Assembly: GCA_963825995.1 (NCBI GenBank)
Contig: CAWGVH010000003.1
Coordinates: forward strand, 215,828 to 279,827
DNA length: 64,000 nt
Source of the DNA: an uncultured Chloroflexia bacterium
GTDB taxonomy: Bacteria > Chloroflexota > Limnocylindria > Limnocylindrales > CSP1-4
Reading direction: 5' to 3'
Each line of letters starts with the position of its first letter. Within the stretch, counting starts at the first letter, position 1. Both the position numbers and the translations under genes were made by a program. The notes under the pieces were generated by a model. The model was not told where the DNA came from. It did not search any database and saw only the letters and a list, made by a program, of their open reading frames with translations. Shown piece after piece: positions 36,715 to 46,641 of this stretch.

Positions 36715-37218
36715 GTGTCCGGTGTGCTTCCTGCCCCCCTCGTGTCGTGGCGCGCGCTGACCGGATCCGCGGAGCAGACCAGGGCGCTGGCGGCAGCGCT
36801 GGCGGCAGCGGCCCGCCCCGGCGATCGCATGGCGCTGGTCGGCCCGCTGGGCGCCGGCAAGACACAGTTCGCCAAGGGTTTCGCGACCGGACTCGGTATC
36901 CGCGACGTCGTCAACAGCCCGAGCTTCACCCTCATGGCCGAGTACCAGGGGCGGCTGACGTTGTTCCACCAGGATCTCTACCGGCTGGCCGGCACGGCGG
37001 AGGTGCTGGCCGGGGGACTGCTCGATGAGCGACAGGACGAAGGAGTGACGCTGTCCGAATGGGCCGACCGGCTCGATGACGCGCTCGATCCGGCGCGTCT
37101 CACCGTGACCATCGACCCGCTTGCTGACGAGCAGCGCGCCATCGAGCTGCGCGGCCAGGGCGAGATCGCGGAGCGCTACATCGCGGCCGCTCACGACTGG
37201 CAGGCGGCAGGAGCGTGA
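36715..37218 (+). CDS. tsaE: tRNA t6A37 biosynthesis ATPase TsaE
   Basis: GTG 36715, 2 nt after the ORF C stop; GPLGAGKTQFAKG P-loop, SPSFTLMAEY, FHQDLYRL. Confidence 0.9.
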   Translation: MSGVLPAPLVSWRALTGSAEQTRALAAALAAAARPGDRMALVGPLGAGKTQFAKGFATGLGIRDVVNSPSFTLMAEYQGRLTLFHQDLYRLAGTAEVLAGGLLDERQDEGVTLSEWADRLDDALDPARLTVTIDPLADEQRAIELRGQGEIAERYIAAAHDWQAAGA

Positions 37219-37922
37219 GCGGAGTGGCCGCGCCCTCAACAGCCCTCCCCGACGGCCTCTGGCTGGTCATCGATACCGCCACCCGCACCAGCGTCGTGGC
37301 CATCGGCCGTCACGAGCCACGGGCCAGCAGCCTGCGGGTCGTGCGGCACCGCCACGGATCCTTCCTGCTCGAGCAGGTCGACGAGGTGCTCGACGCCGCC
37401 GGCGCAGCCATGGCCGACGTGACCGCGCTGGCGGTGGGGACGGGTCCGGGCTCCTTCACCGGCCTGCGCGTGGGCCTGGCCACGGCCAAGACCGTAGCCT
37501 ACGCGGCGGGCCTGCCCCTGGTGGGTGTGCGCTCCTGTGATGCCCTCCGGCGCGCTGCGAGGGACGCGGCCGGAGCACCGCCGGAGGTCGCCATCGTGCT
37601 GGCTGCCGGGGCCCATGACCACTACCTGGTACGGGCGGGCGAGGACCCGGCCCTCGTGCCGCCGGGCGGCCTGGTGGCGACGCTCGCCGGGCGCCCCGCG
37701 CTGACCGTGGACCTGGACGATGCGCCGCTGGGCGAGTCCGCCGCCCGGCTGGGCGAAGCGGCGGTGGCCGGCCTGCCGGCGGCCCTCCTGGCCCTGGCCG
37801 CGGAGCGCCTGGCGGTCGGCGAGACGGATGAGCCCGCCACCCTGGTGCCGGCCTACGTGGTGCTGCCCCGCGGCGTGCGGCGCGGGGCAGAGGAGCTGGG
37901 ATGGTCGCCCGACCTCCGGTGA
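37215..37922 (+). CDS. tsaB: tRNA t6A37 biosynthesis protein TsaB
   Basis: LVIDTATRTSVVAIG, GTGPGSFTGLRVGLATAK; 235 aa. Confidence 0.9.
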   Translation: MSGVAAPSTALPDGLWLVIDTATRTSVVAIGRHEPRASSLRVVRHRHGSFLLEQVDEVLDAAGAAMADVTALAVGTGPGSFTGLRVGLATAKTVAYAAGLPLVGVRSCDALRRAARDAAGAPPEVAIVLAAGAHDHYLVRAGEDPALVPPGGLVATLAGRPALTVDLDDAPLGESAARLGEAAVAGLPAALLALAAERLAVGETDEPATLVPAYVVLPRGVRRGAEELGWSPDLR

Positions 37923-38479
37923 GGCTCCGCGTGGAGCGCATGCTGCCCGAGGACATCCCGGCTGTGCACGCCATCGAATCGGCATCCTTCCCCACGCCCT
38001 GGCCGCCGTACGCCTTCCGTGGCGAGCTCGAGTCGAACCGCATGGCCCACTACCTGGTGGTCCGCGCCGGTGATCGGGTCGTGGCCTACGCCGGCCTCTG
38101 GCTCATGGTCGACGAGGCCCACATCACCACCTTCGCGGTACTGCCGGCGTATCGACGGCGTGGGCTTGGCGGCCGGCTGCTCTGCGACCTCGTCGAGCTG
38201 GCCGTCGCACTGGGAGCCACGGTCGCGACGCTGGAGGTGCGACTCGGCAACACCGCCGCCCGCCGCCTCTACGAACGCTTCGGCTTCCGCCCCGTCGGCG
38301 TGCGCCCGCATTACTACTCAGACAACGGCGAGGACGCGCTCATCATGACGACCGAGCCGCTGGACCTGCCCGACATGCAGGACCTCCGGGGACAGCTGGC
38401 CGAGCGCTACGCCATCGATGTCCTCGCCGATGACCCGGGCTGGGTGCCCGACGAGGGCTTCGAGGAGGCTGGACCGTGA
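37901..38479 (+). CDS. rimI: ribosomal-protein-alanine N-acetyltransferase (GNAT)
   Basis: IESASFPTPW, RRRGLGGRLL, LEVRLGNTAARRLYERFGF. The start may be ATG 37940. Confidence 0.85.
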   Translation: MVARPPVRLRVERMLPEDIPAVHAIESASFPTPWPPYAFRGELESNRMAHYLVVRAGDRVVAYAGLWLMVDEAHITTFAVLPAYRRRGLGGRLLCDLVELAVALGATVATLEVRLGNTAARRLYERFGFRPVGVRPHYYSDNGEDALIMTTEPLDLPDMQDLRGQLAERYAIDVLADDPGWVPDEGFEEAGP

Positions 38480-39549
38480 GCCGGTCACATGGCCTCGTCC
38501 TGGCCGTGGAATCCTCCTGTGACGAGACCGCCGTGGCGGTCGTCGAGCGCGGCCGCCGCATCGTCGCCGACGTCGTGGCCAGCCAGGTGGCGCTCCACTC
38601 GGCGACCGGCGGCATCGTGCCCGAGGTGGCTGCCCGCGCCCACCTGCGCTGGATGATCCCGGTCCTCGAGGAGGCGCGCCAGCGTGCAGGTATGGGCGCC
38701 TGGTCGGAGGTGGACGCGATAGCGGTCACGGAGGGACCCGGCCTGGCCGGCTCATTGCTGGTGGGCATCACCATGGCCAAGACGCTGGCCTGGAGCCAGG
38801 GCTTGCCGCTGGTGCCGGTGAATCACCTGGAGGGCCACATCTACGCCGCATGGCTGCTCGACCCTGGCGAGGCGGAGCGACCCGAGCCTCGCTTCCCGCT
38901 GGTCGCCCTCGTCGTCAGCGGTGGCCACACCTTCCTGGTCGAGATGGCCGACCACCTGCGCTACCGGCTGCTGGGGCAGACCGTGGACGATGCTGCCGGC
39001 GAGGCCTTCGACAAGGTCGGCCGGCTGCTCGGCCTGCCCTACCCGGGCGGTCCGGCCATCATGGCCGCCGCAGCTGCGGCCACGGCGCAGGACCGACGTT
39101 TCCCGCGTGCCTGGCTGGGCGACTCGTACGACTTCTCGTTCAGCGGCCTCAAGACCGCCGCTCGCCGCGCCGTCGGTGAGGCACTGGGCCGCTCGCCAGA
39201 GGACCGCGACCTCGACGGTTCACTGCTCTCGCAGGCAGACGTCGCCGAGCTGGCCTGGGCCTTCCAGGAGTCGGTGGTCGACGTCCTCGCCACCAAGACC
39301 CTCCGGGCGGCCCGGCAGTCGGGTGCCCGCAGCATCATCCTCGGTGGCGGCGTGGCTGCCAACAGCGTCCTCCGCGAGCGCATCACTGAGGGTGCCCGTG
39401 GCCTGGGCGTGCCGCTGGTGGTCCCGCGGTCCGGGCTCTGCACCGACAACGGGGCCATGATCGGCGCGGCGGGCTGGCATCGCCTCGCGGCCGGTACGCG
39501 CGCCGACCGCTCGCTGGACGCGAGGCCCTCGCTGAAGCTGGCGGTCTGA
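38476..39549 (+). CDS. tsaD: tRNA N6-adenosine threonylcarbamoyltransferase
   Basis: LAVESSCDETAVAVV, NHLEGH, GGVAANS; 357 aa. Confidence 0.94.
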   Translation: MSRSHGLVLAVESSCDETAVAVVERGRRIVADVVASQVALHSATGGIVPEVAARAHLRWMIPVLEEARQRAGMGAWSEVDAIAVTEGPGLAGSLLVGITMAKTLAWSQGLPLVPVNHLEGHIYAAWLLDPGEAERPEPRFPLVALVVSGGHTFLVEMADHLRYRLLGQTVDDAAGEAFDKVGRLLGLPYPGGPAIMAAAAAATAQDRRFPRAWLGDSYDFSFSGLKTAARRAVGEALGRSPEDRDLDGSLLSQADVAELAWAFQESVVDVLATKTLRAARQSGARSIILGGGVAANSVLRERITEGARGLGVPLVVPRSGLCTDNGAMIGAAGWHRLAAGTRADRSLDARPSLKLAV

Positions 39550-39554
39550 GCGAC

Positions 39555-40418
39555 GTGGCGCTGGGCGGGCACGAGCTCGACGCGCAGCACCTGAGCCCGG
39601 AGGCCGTGGAGCGCTACCTGCGGCGCCATGGGCTGGCCGCTCGCCGGTCGCTCTCGCAGAACCACCTCGCCAACGGCGATGTGCTCCAGCGCATCGCGGA
39701 CGCCGCCGGGGTGGAGCCGGGAGAGCACATCGTGGAGGTCGGACCCGGCCTGGGCATCCTGACCGCTCAGCTCCTGGCTGCCGGCGCCACGGTCACCGCC
39801 GTCGAGCGCGACGATCGGCTCGTGGAGCACCTGCGCGAGCGTTTCGCCGACGAGCCGCGGCTGACGCTCCTGGCGGCCGACTTCCTGGACGTCGAGATCG
39901 CGGTGGTGGCCAGCGGGCCCTGGGCCCTGGTGGCCAACGTCCCGTACCACATCACCAGCCCCATCCTGCACCACGTCCTGGAGGCCGAGCCGCGGCCGAC
40001 GCGCTTCGTCCTCATGGTCCAACGTGAGGTGGCCGATCGCATCGCGGCGCCGCCGGGCGCCATGAGCTACCTCTCGGTCTTCGTGCAGTACCACGCTGAC
40101 GTCCACGTCGTCTCCACCGTGCCCGCCGCCTCATTCGAGCCTGCGCCGGCGGTCGACTCGGCCATCCTGGCCGGGGTGACGCGGCCACGGCGGCTGGACG
40201 TCGCCGCCGAGGACGGTCTCTGGCGACTGGTGCAGGCGGCCTTCCATGAGCGCCGCAAGATGGTCCACAACGTGCTGGTCCGCCAGCTCCCCGGCCTCGA
40301 TCGGGGCCGCCTTGAGGCAGCCCTGGCGAGCTGTGCCATCGCGCCCGAACGGCGACCGCAGACCCTTTCCGTGGACGAGTGGCTGGCCCTGCGAGTCGCC
40401 CTGGGCCCGCTGCCATGA
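39555..40418 (+). CDS. rsmA: 16S rRNA (adenine1518/1519-N6)-dimethyltransferase
   Basis: LSQNHLANGDVL, VEVGPGLGILT, ANVPYHITSPIL; 287 aa. Confidence 0.92.
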   Translation: MALGGHELDAQHLSPEAVERYLRRHGLAARRSLSQNHLANGDVLQRIADAAGVEPGEHIVEVGPGLGILTAQLLAAGATVTAVERDDRLVEHLRERFADEPRLTLLAADFLDVEIAVVASGPWALVANVPYHITSPILHHVLEAEPRPTRFVLMVQREVADRIAAPPGAMSYLSVFVQYHADVHVVSTVPAASFEPAPAVDSAILAGVTRPRRLDVAAEDGLWRLVQAAFHERRKMVHNVLVRQLPGLDRGRLEAALASCAIAPERRPQTLSVDEWLALRVALGPLP

Positions 40419-41455
40419 GCCCGCGCAGTTCGACCAGGCGTCCCCTGGTGGCCGCGTGGGCCGAGGCCCCCGCCAAGGTGAACCTCGGTCTGGCCATCAC
40501 GGGTCGGCGCGAGGATGGTTATCACCGCCTGAGGTCGGTCTTCCTGCGCCTGGCCCTGCACGACCACCTCGAGGCCCGGACGGCGGCCGACTCCCGCGGG
40601 GAGGACGAGCTGGTCATCGAGGGCGACCCTGGGCTGTCCGTGCACGACAACCTCGTGCTGCGAGCTGTTGCCAGCCTGCGCGCCGCTGAAGGTCTGCGCG
40701 GCGGGGCCCCCAGTCCCTTGCCGGCCCTGCGCTTCCGCCTCGACAAGCACATCCCGTCCGCGGCCGGCCTCGCCGGGGGCAGCTCTGACGCTGCCGCGGC
40801 GCTCGCGCTGGCCGCCGGGGCCTGGGGCCTGTCGCCGGATCGCGCCGCGCTGCTGGAGGTGGCCGGCCGGCTTGGTGCCGACGTGCCCTTCTTCGCGGCG
40901 GCCCACGGGGCGGCCCTCGTGAGCGGCATCGGCGAGATCATCGAGCCGCTGCCCGAACCCTGGCCGCTGCCGGGCGTGCTTCTCGTCACCACCACCGAGC
41001 GGCTCTCGACGGCCGCCGTCTTCGCCGAGTTCGATCGTGGAGCGGCGGCGCCGGACGGGGACTCCGCACGCTCGGCAGCCATGGTCGAGCACCTGGCGGT
41101 CGCTCTCCGGCGCGGGCTCGACGGTGCCGCGCTGGCTGGCCTGGCGGAGGGACTGCGCGACGCCAATGACCTCTGGCCGGCTGCTGCGCGCCTCTCGCCC
41201 GGCCTGACGCCGGCGCGCGAGACCCTCGAGTCGCTCCTCGGCCGCGCCGTCCTGCTGACCGGCTCGGGCCCGACCCTTCTGGCAGTCTATCCTTCGCTCG
41301 AGGCTGCCACCTCGGCAGCCGCTGAGCTCGAGCAGGACCGCCCGCCAGCCTTGCGAGGCGCCACCATCCTGGCCACGTCGGGCAGCAGCAGGGAGGGTCA
41401 CCATGAAGGAACGCATCCAGACGGACGCAGCACCGAGGCCCATCGGCCCATATAG
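40415..41455 (+). CDS. ispE: 4-diphosphocytidyl-2-C-methyl-D-erythritol kinase
   Basis: ATG 40415 (ATGA overlap with rsmA); APAKVNLGLAITGRREDGYH, GHMP motif PSAAGLAGGSSDAAA. The C-terminus overlaps ridA by 53 nt. Confidence 0.88.
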   Translation: MSPRSSTRRPLVAAWAEAPAKVNLGLAITGRREDGYHRLRSVFLRLALHDHLEARTAADSRGEDELVIEGDPGLSVHDNLVLRAVASLRAAEGLRGGAPSPLPALRFRLDKHIPSAAGLAGGSSDAAAALALAAGAWGLSPDRAALLEVAGRLGADVPFFAAAHGAALVSGIGEIIEPLPEPWPLPGVLLVTTTERLSTAAVFAEFDRGAAAPDGDSARSAAMVEHLAVALRRGLDGAALAGLAEGLRDANDLWPAAARLSPGLTPARETLESLLGRAVLLTGSGPTLLAVYPSLEAATSAAAELEQDRPPALRGATILATSGSSREGHHEGTHPDGRSTEAHRPI

Positions 41456-41783
41456 CCAGGCCATCGCCGTGGAGGGACTCCTCTTCTGTGCCGGCATGGG
41501 CCCCATCGACCCCGCCACGAGCCAACTCGTGGAGGGCGGCATCGTCGAGCAGACCGAGCGCACCTTGAAGAACCTGGGAGGCATCCTGGAGGCCGCCGGG
41601 CTGGGGTATGCGGACGTCGTCAAGACGACCTGCTACCTGGCGGACATGGATGACTTCCGCGCCTTCAACGAGGTCTATGCGACGTACTTCGGCGAGCCCT
41701 TCCCGGCGCGTACGACCATCCAGGCCGCCCGCCTGCCCATGGACATCCTCGTCGAGATCGAGGCTGTCGCCATCCGCGGCTGA
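41403..41783 (+). CDS. ridA: RidA/YjgF family reactive intermediate deaminase
   Basis: APRPIGPYSQAI...ARTTIQAARLPMDILVEIEAVA; 126 aa. Confidence 0.92.
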   Translation: MKERIQTDAAPRPIGPYSQAIAVEGLLFCAGMGPIDPATSQLVEGGIVEQTERTLKNLGGILEAAGLGYADVVKTTCYLADMDDFRAFNEVYATYFGEPFPARTTIQAARLPMDILVEIEAVAIRG

Positions 41784-41825
41784 GGCGCTGCCCCGGGCAG
41801 CCGGGCGTGTGCCCCGCCGTTGGGT

Positions 41826-41855
41826 TTGACACCCCGCCGACCCGGCCCCTACAGT
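41826..41855 (+). promoter_or_regulatory. candidate promoter of glmU
   Basis: TTGACA (41826-41831), 18-nt spacer, TACAGT (41850-41855); 55 nt upstream of the glmU GTG. Confidence 0.5.
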
Positions 41856-41910
41856 CAACCCACCTGATGCCCCACCAGCCCTTATCACGCCCGGGCGATC
41901 CGGCCTCGAC

Positions 41911-43323
41911 GTGAACACGGATCCCTCCCGACCGCTTGCCGCGGTCGTGCTCGCGGCCGGGCTGGGCACGCGCATGCGCTCGCGCCTGCCCAAGGTGCTC
42001 CATCCCATCTGCGGGCGAGCCATGCTCGCCTACGTCATCGACGCCGCCCTCGAAGCCACGGGCACGGCGCCCGTGGTCGTCGTCTCGCCGGCCACGGAGG
42101 CGGTCCGCGAGACCTTCGCCGGGCAGGCCACCTTCGCGCTGCAGGCTGAGCCACGCGGTACCGCGGATGCCCTGCGTGCCGCGCTCGCCGCACTCTCGGA
42201 CGACGTCACTGAGATCCTCGTCCTGTCCGGCGACGTGCCCCTCGTGGATCCGACCCTGCTGGCGGAGCTGGCGGGGGCGCGGCGCGACAGCGACGCCGCC
42301 ATGGCCCTCGTCAGCGTGGACATGGACGAGCCGGCGTCGCTGGGCCGCGTCGTGCGGGACCGCCAGGGACGCATCAGCCGCGTCGTCGAGGCCAGCGACG
42401 CCACGCCGGACGTGCTGTCCATCAGCGAGATCAACGCCGGGCTCTATGCCTTCGACGTGGCCTGGCTGCGCGGGCGCATCGCGGACGTGGCACCCTCGCC
42501 GGTGACTGGCGAGCTCTACCTGCCGGACCTGGTCCCGCTGGCGCGGGCGGACGACCGTGCCGTGGTCACGCTGGAGGTCGAGGACGACGGCACTCTGCTC
42601 GGCATCAACGATCGCGCCCAGCTGGCCGACGCCGAGGTGGAGATGCGCCTGCGCATCAACGAGGCCCACATGCGCGCCGGCGTGACACTGCAGGATCCCG
42701 CCAGCACGTTCATCGACGCCAGCGTGGAGATCGCCGAGGACGTCACCATCGAGCCCGCGGTCATCCTGCGCGGCAGCACCTCCATCGGGCGCGAGGCGGT
42801 CATCCGCGCCGGCAGCCAGGTCTTCGACTCGCGCATCGGCGAGCGGACCGTGGTCTGGGCGAGCGTCCTGGAGGGCTCTGTCGTGGAGTCCGATGTCACG
42901 ATCGGGCCGTTCTCCCACGTCCGCGGCGGCGCTCACATCGGCAGTCGGGTCCAGCTCGGCAACTACGCCGAGGTCAAGAACAGCACCATCGGCGCCGGCA
43001 CGAAGAGCCATCACTTCAGCTACCTCGGCGATGCCGACGTGGGCGAGCAGGTCAACATCGGCGCCGGCACCATCACCGCCAACTACGACGGCGTTCGCAA
43101 GCACCGCACGCGCATCGGCGCCCGTGCCTTCATCGGCTCGGACACGATCCTGCGGGCCCCGGTCTCTGTGGGCGAGGACGCCCTCACCGGCGCCGCGTCA
43201 CTCGTCACCCGGGACGTACCGGACGGCAAGATGGCCCTGGGCGTGCCGGCACGCATCCGCGAGCGCACGCCACGGCCTGATGCCGCGCCCGCCCGGCCCG
43301 CGGAGGACGCCCCGGACCACTGA
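41911..43323 (+). CDS. glmU: bifunctional UDP-N-acetylglucosamine pyrophosphorylase / GlcN-1-P acetyltransferase
   Basis: AVVLAAGLGTRMRSRLPKVLH, C-terminal hexapeptide-repeat (left-handed beta-helix) region; 470 aa. Confidence 0.93.
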   Translation: MNTDPSRPLAAVVLAAGLGTRMRSRLPKVLHPICGRAMLAYVIDAALEATGTAPVVVVSPATEAVRETFAGQATFALQAEPRGTADALRAALAALSDDVTEILVLSGDVPLVDPTLLAELAGARRDSDAAMALVSVDMDEPASLGRVVRDRQGRISRVVEASDATPDVLSISEINAGLYAFDVAWLRGRIADVAPSPVTGELYLPDLVPLARADDRAVVTLEVEDDGTLLGINDRAQLADAEVEMRLRINEAHMRAGVTLQDPASTFIDASVEIAEDVTIEPAVILRGSTSIGREAVIRAGSQVFDSRIGERTVVWASVLEGSVVESDVTIGPFSHVRGGAHIGSRVQLGNYAEVKNSTIGAGTKSHHFSYLGDADVGEQVNIGAGTITANYDGVRKHRTRIGARAFIGSDTILRAPVSVGEDALTGAASLVTRDVPDGKMALGVPARIRERTPRPDAAPARPAEDAPDH

Positions 43324-44657
43324 TGGGCAGCTCGCTCCCCGAGATCGTCGTCATCGCCCTCCTTATCCTCGTCAACGCCGTGTTCGTGGCGGCGGAGATC
43401 GCCCTGGTGACGGTGCGCCGAAGCCGCATCCGGCAGCTCAGCGACGAGGGCGACGCACGCGCGCGTCGGGTGGCACGCATGACCGAGCGACCGGGCCGGC
43501 TGCTGGCCACCATCCAGCTGGGCATCACCTTCGTGGGCTTCCTGGCGGCGGCCTTCGCCGGTGCCAGCACGGCGCGCCACCTGGCCGACGGCCTGCGCGC
43601 CATCAGTCCGCTGTCGGCGTCCGCGGACATCCTGGCCCTGCTGATCGTGACGCTGGTGGTCAGCCTCGTGACCATCGTCTTGGGCGAGCTGGTGCCCAAG
43701 ACGCTGGCGCTCGCTCACGCCGAGCGCTATGCGCTGGCGCTGGCCCGGCCCGTCGAGGTCCTGGGCATCCTGCTCTCGCCGCTCGTCTGGCTGCTGACGA
43801 CCATCACGCACGGCATCACGCGCCTGCTCGGCGTCCGCGACGTGCCCGACGACGCCATCACCAGCGAAGAGCTGCGCATCCTCGTGGAGCGGGGCAGCGA
43901 GCAGGGCACCATCGAGGCCGAGGAAGAGCAGATGATCGGCGGCGTGCTCGAGCTCGGCGAGCGGCGCGTCCACGAGGTCATGGTGGCGCGCGTGGACATC
44001 GTGGCCCTGCCGGTCGAGGCCTCCCTGGACGAGATCGTGCAGACCATCGTGGCGGGTGGCCACTCGCGCATCCCGGTCTACGACGGCAGTATCGACAACG
44101 TCGTGGGCCTCCTCTACGCCAAGGACCTGCTGCCGTTCCTGGTCGGAGACGACCGCCCGCCATCCATCCGTGGCCTCGTGCGCACGCCCCTCTTCGTGCC
44201 CGAGTCGATGCTCGTGGACGACCTCCTCCACAGCTTGCAGCGCCGCCGCGTCCACATGGCCATCGTGCTCGACGAGCATGGCGGTACCGCCGGTCTCGTC
44301 TCCATCGAGGACCTCATCGAGGAGATCGTGGGCGAGATCCAGGACGAGTACGACGAGGAGGAGCCCCTGATGATCGTGGCGCTCGGCGAGGACGAGGCGC
44401 GCGTCGACGGCCGGGCGGACGTCGACGACCTGCTGGAGCACTTCGACGCCACGCTGGAGGGCGACGACCAGGAGGAGTTCGACACCGTCGGCGGCCTTGT
44501 CTACCACTACGTCGGCGACGTGCCCAAGGTCGGCGACACGGTGACCGTGGCCGGGCTGCGCCTGACCGTGGAGACGACTGATGGGCGCCGCGTGCGCACC
44601 GTGCACGTGGCTCGCAACGTGCCCGACGAGGCCGAGACGGCACCCGAGGACGACTGA
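43323..44657 (+). CDS. CNNM/DUF21-CBS-CorC_HlyC family membrane protein (hemolysin-type / divalent cation efflux)
   Basis: N-terminal TM DUF21 (NAVFVAAEIALV), CBS pair, C-terminal CorC domain; 444 aa. Confidence 0.88.
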   Translation: MGSSLPEIVVIALLILVNAVFVAAEIALVTVRRSRIRQLSDEGDARARRVARMTERPGRLLATIQLGITFVGFLAAAFAGASTARHLADGLRAISPLSASADILALLIVTLVVSLVTIVLGELVPKTLALAHAERYALALARPVEVLGILLSPLVWLLTTITHGITRLLGVRDVPDDAITSEELRILVERGSEQGTIEAEEEQMIGGVLELGERRVHEVMVARVDIVALPVEASLDEIVQTIVAGGHSRIPVYDGSIDNVVGLLYAKDLLPFLVGDDRPPSIRGLVRTPLFVPESMLVDDLLHSLQRRRVHMAIVLDEHGGTAGLVSIEDLIEEIVGEIQDEYDEEEPLMIVALGEDEARVDGRADVDDLLEHFDATLEGDDQEEFDTVGGLVYHYVGDVPKVGDTVTVAGLRLTVETTDGRRVRTVHVARNVPDEAETAPEDD

Positions 44658-44662
44658 CCCGC

Positions 44663-45712
44663 CTAGGCGCTGATAGCGGCTCGCACGACCTGGTCGAGGT
44701 GGTCGATGGCCTCGCGGTCGACGAGCGGCACGGAGGCGATCTCGGCGAGGGCGTCGTCGCGATGTTGGCGCGCCCGGCGGCGGGTGAACTCGTGCGCTCC
44801 GACGCGCTCCAGGATGAGCCGCACCTCCTCGACGTCCGCCTGAGCGGCCAGCTCGTCCGACTGGCCCAGGATCACGCGGAGTCGCGTAGCGTCGGCTCCC
44901 GCCGCCTCCTGCAGCGCGTAGATGAGCGGCAACGTCTTCTTGCGGGTCGCGATGTCCGAGGCCTCCTTGCCGGTCACGGCTGCGTCCCCCCAGATGCCCA
45001 GCAGGTCGTCATTGATCTGGAAGGCCAGGCCCAACGACCAGCCGAAGCGCCGGTAGGCCGCGATGACCGCCTCGTCGTCGGTGGCCAGGATGGCGCCGGC
45101 CTCCGCCGAGCCGGCGATGAGCGAGGCCGTCTTGCGTCCGATCATGTCGAAGTAGTCATCCACGGACATCCACTCGTCGTGCTCGGAGCCCCAGATGTCG
45201 AGGAACTGGCCTTCGCAGAGCGCCAGGCAGGTCTCGTCGTAAAGGCGCATGAGGCGCAGCACGCGGGCATCCTCGAAGCCTTCATCGGTGAGTCGGTAGA
45301 GCGCCATGCGGCTGAGCGTGAAGAGCGTGTCGCCGACGTTGATGGCCTGCGGGATGCCGGCCATGGTCCACAGCGCTGGCCGGTGCCGGCGTTCCAGCCC
45401 GCGGTCCTCGATGTCGTCGTGGACGAGGCTGAAGTTGTGTCCCATCTCCACGGCAGCCGCGCCCGGCAGCGCCCGGACGTGGTCACCCGCGATGGACTGG
45501 TAGGCCAGCAGGCCGATGAGCGGCCGCATGCGCTTGCCGCGCGGAGCGTCGCCGTCCAGGCCGAGGTGGTAGCGCACCATGGCATAGAGCTCGCGCGTGC
45601 GGTCGTCCTCGGCGTCGCGGATGACGGCGAGGATGGCAGTCTCGGTATCGGCGATGAGGCCGTCGAGGTCGATGCTGGTCAGCACGTAGAACATGATACC
45701 TGTCGTTAGCAA
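44663..45712 (-). CDS. trans-polyprenyl diphosphate synthase (GGPP/long-chain type)
   Basis: Asp-rich motifs LVHDDIEDR and FQINDDLLGIWG; 349 aa from TTG 45712 (alternative ATG 45694). Confidence 0.88.
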   Translation of the reverse strand: MLTTGIMFYVLTSIDLDGLIADTETAILAVIRDAEDDRTRELYAMVRYHLGLDGDAPRGKRMRPLIGLLAYQSIAGDHVRALPGAAAVEMGHNFSLVHDDIEDRGLERRHRPALWTMAGIPQAINVGDTLFTLSRMALYRLTDEGFEDARVLRLMRLYDETCLALCEGQFLDIWGSEHDEWMSVDDYFDMIGRKTASLIAGSAEAGAILATDDEAVIAAYRRFGWSLGLAFQINDDLLGIWGDAAVTGKEASDIATRKKTLPLIYALQEAAGADATRLRVILGQSDELAAQADVEEVRLILERVGAHEFTRRRARQHRDDALAEIASVPLVDREAIDHLDQVVRAAISA

Positions 45713-45792
45713 ATCATCATCGCGGACCCCGGCCGGCTACCGGGCCTGAGCTGCGTGCGACGCGCGTGCATCGGCTCGGCTAGGCTCGCCCT

Positions 45793-46569
45793 GTGCCACG
45801 CCCCCGCAGCTACAAGACGCGTGCCATCGTCCTGGCCCATCTCGACCTCGGCGAGGCCGACCGCATCATCACGCTGCTGACGCCGGAGGCTGGCAAGTTC
45901 CGGGCCATCGCCAAGGGCGTGCGGCGCCCCCGCAGCCGGATCGGGGGCAGCGTGGAGCCCTTCGCCGAGCTCGACCTGGTGCTGGCCCGGGGTCGTGAGC
46001 TGGACGTCATCACCTCGGTGGACGTCGCTCACGCCTGGCTACGGCTGCGCGACCGGCTCGAATCGACGGCCACGGCCTGGTACCTCGGCGAGCTGGCCGA
46101 CCGCGCTGTCGAGGAGCGGGCCGGCGCCCACCCGGTCTACGGCCTGCTGCGACGAGCCTGCCAGTTGCTCGACGACGGCATGGCCCCCGGGCGCGTGGCC
46201 CGCTGGTTCGAATCCGGCCTGGCCGACGCGCTGGGTGTCCGTCCGGAGCTCGATCGCTGCGTGGAGTGCGACCGCCGTCTCGAGGTCCATGAAGCCTTCC
46301 GCTGGGTGCCGGCGCTCGGCGGTGTGCTCTGCGCGACCCATCCCCGCCCGCCCGCCGAGACCGCGGCTCTCTCGCTCGACGCCCTCAAGCTGATGCGGGG
46401 CTACCGCCGGCTGGACGTGGAGGCCATCGCCGCCCTGCGCCTTCCGGCGGCCATCGAGGGCGAGGTGGAGACGCTCATGCGTCGCTACACCCGCTTCATC
46501 CTCGAGCGCGAGGCGCGCTCCCTGGCCTTCGTCGACGAGGTGCGCCATCACCGCGAACCTGGGGGATGA
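45793..46569 (+). CDS. recO: DNA repair protein RecO
   Basis: YKTRAIVLAHLDLGEADRIITLLT, Cys cluster CVECDRRL...C; 258 aa. Confidence 0.9.
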   Translation: MPRPRSYKTRAIVLAHLDLGEADRIITLLTPEAGKFRAIAKGVRRPRSRIGGSVEPFAELDLVLARGRELDVITSVDVAHAWLRLRDRLESTATAWYLGELADRAVEERAGAHPVYGLLRRACQLLDDGMAPGRVARWFESGLADALGVRPELDRCVECDRRLEVHEAFRWVPALGGVLCATHPRPPAETAALSLDALKLMRGYRRLDVEAIAALRLPAAIEGEVETLMRRYTRFILEREARSLAFVDEVRHHREPGG

Positions 46570-46641
46570 CAGGACCGCGCCGCTGCGGCATGATGCGGCC
46601 TCGTCCTGGTCGGGGGGCTGGACCATAGGGAGGCACCGCTC

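Noticed and set aside
46202-46218. Canonical tRNA T-arm-like sequence GCTGG-TTCGAAT-CCGGC inside recO.
   Set aside because: No matching acceptor stem. The nearest candidate 5' strand is about 5 nt too close and mismatched, and there are no D or anticodon arms. The stretch is in-frame recO coding sequence (ARWFESGLA).
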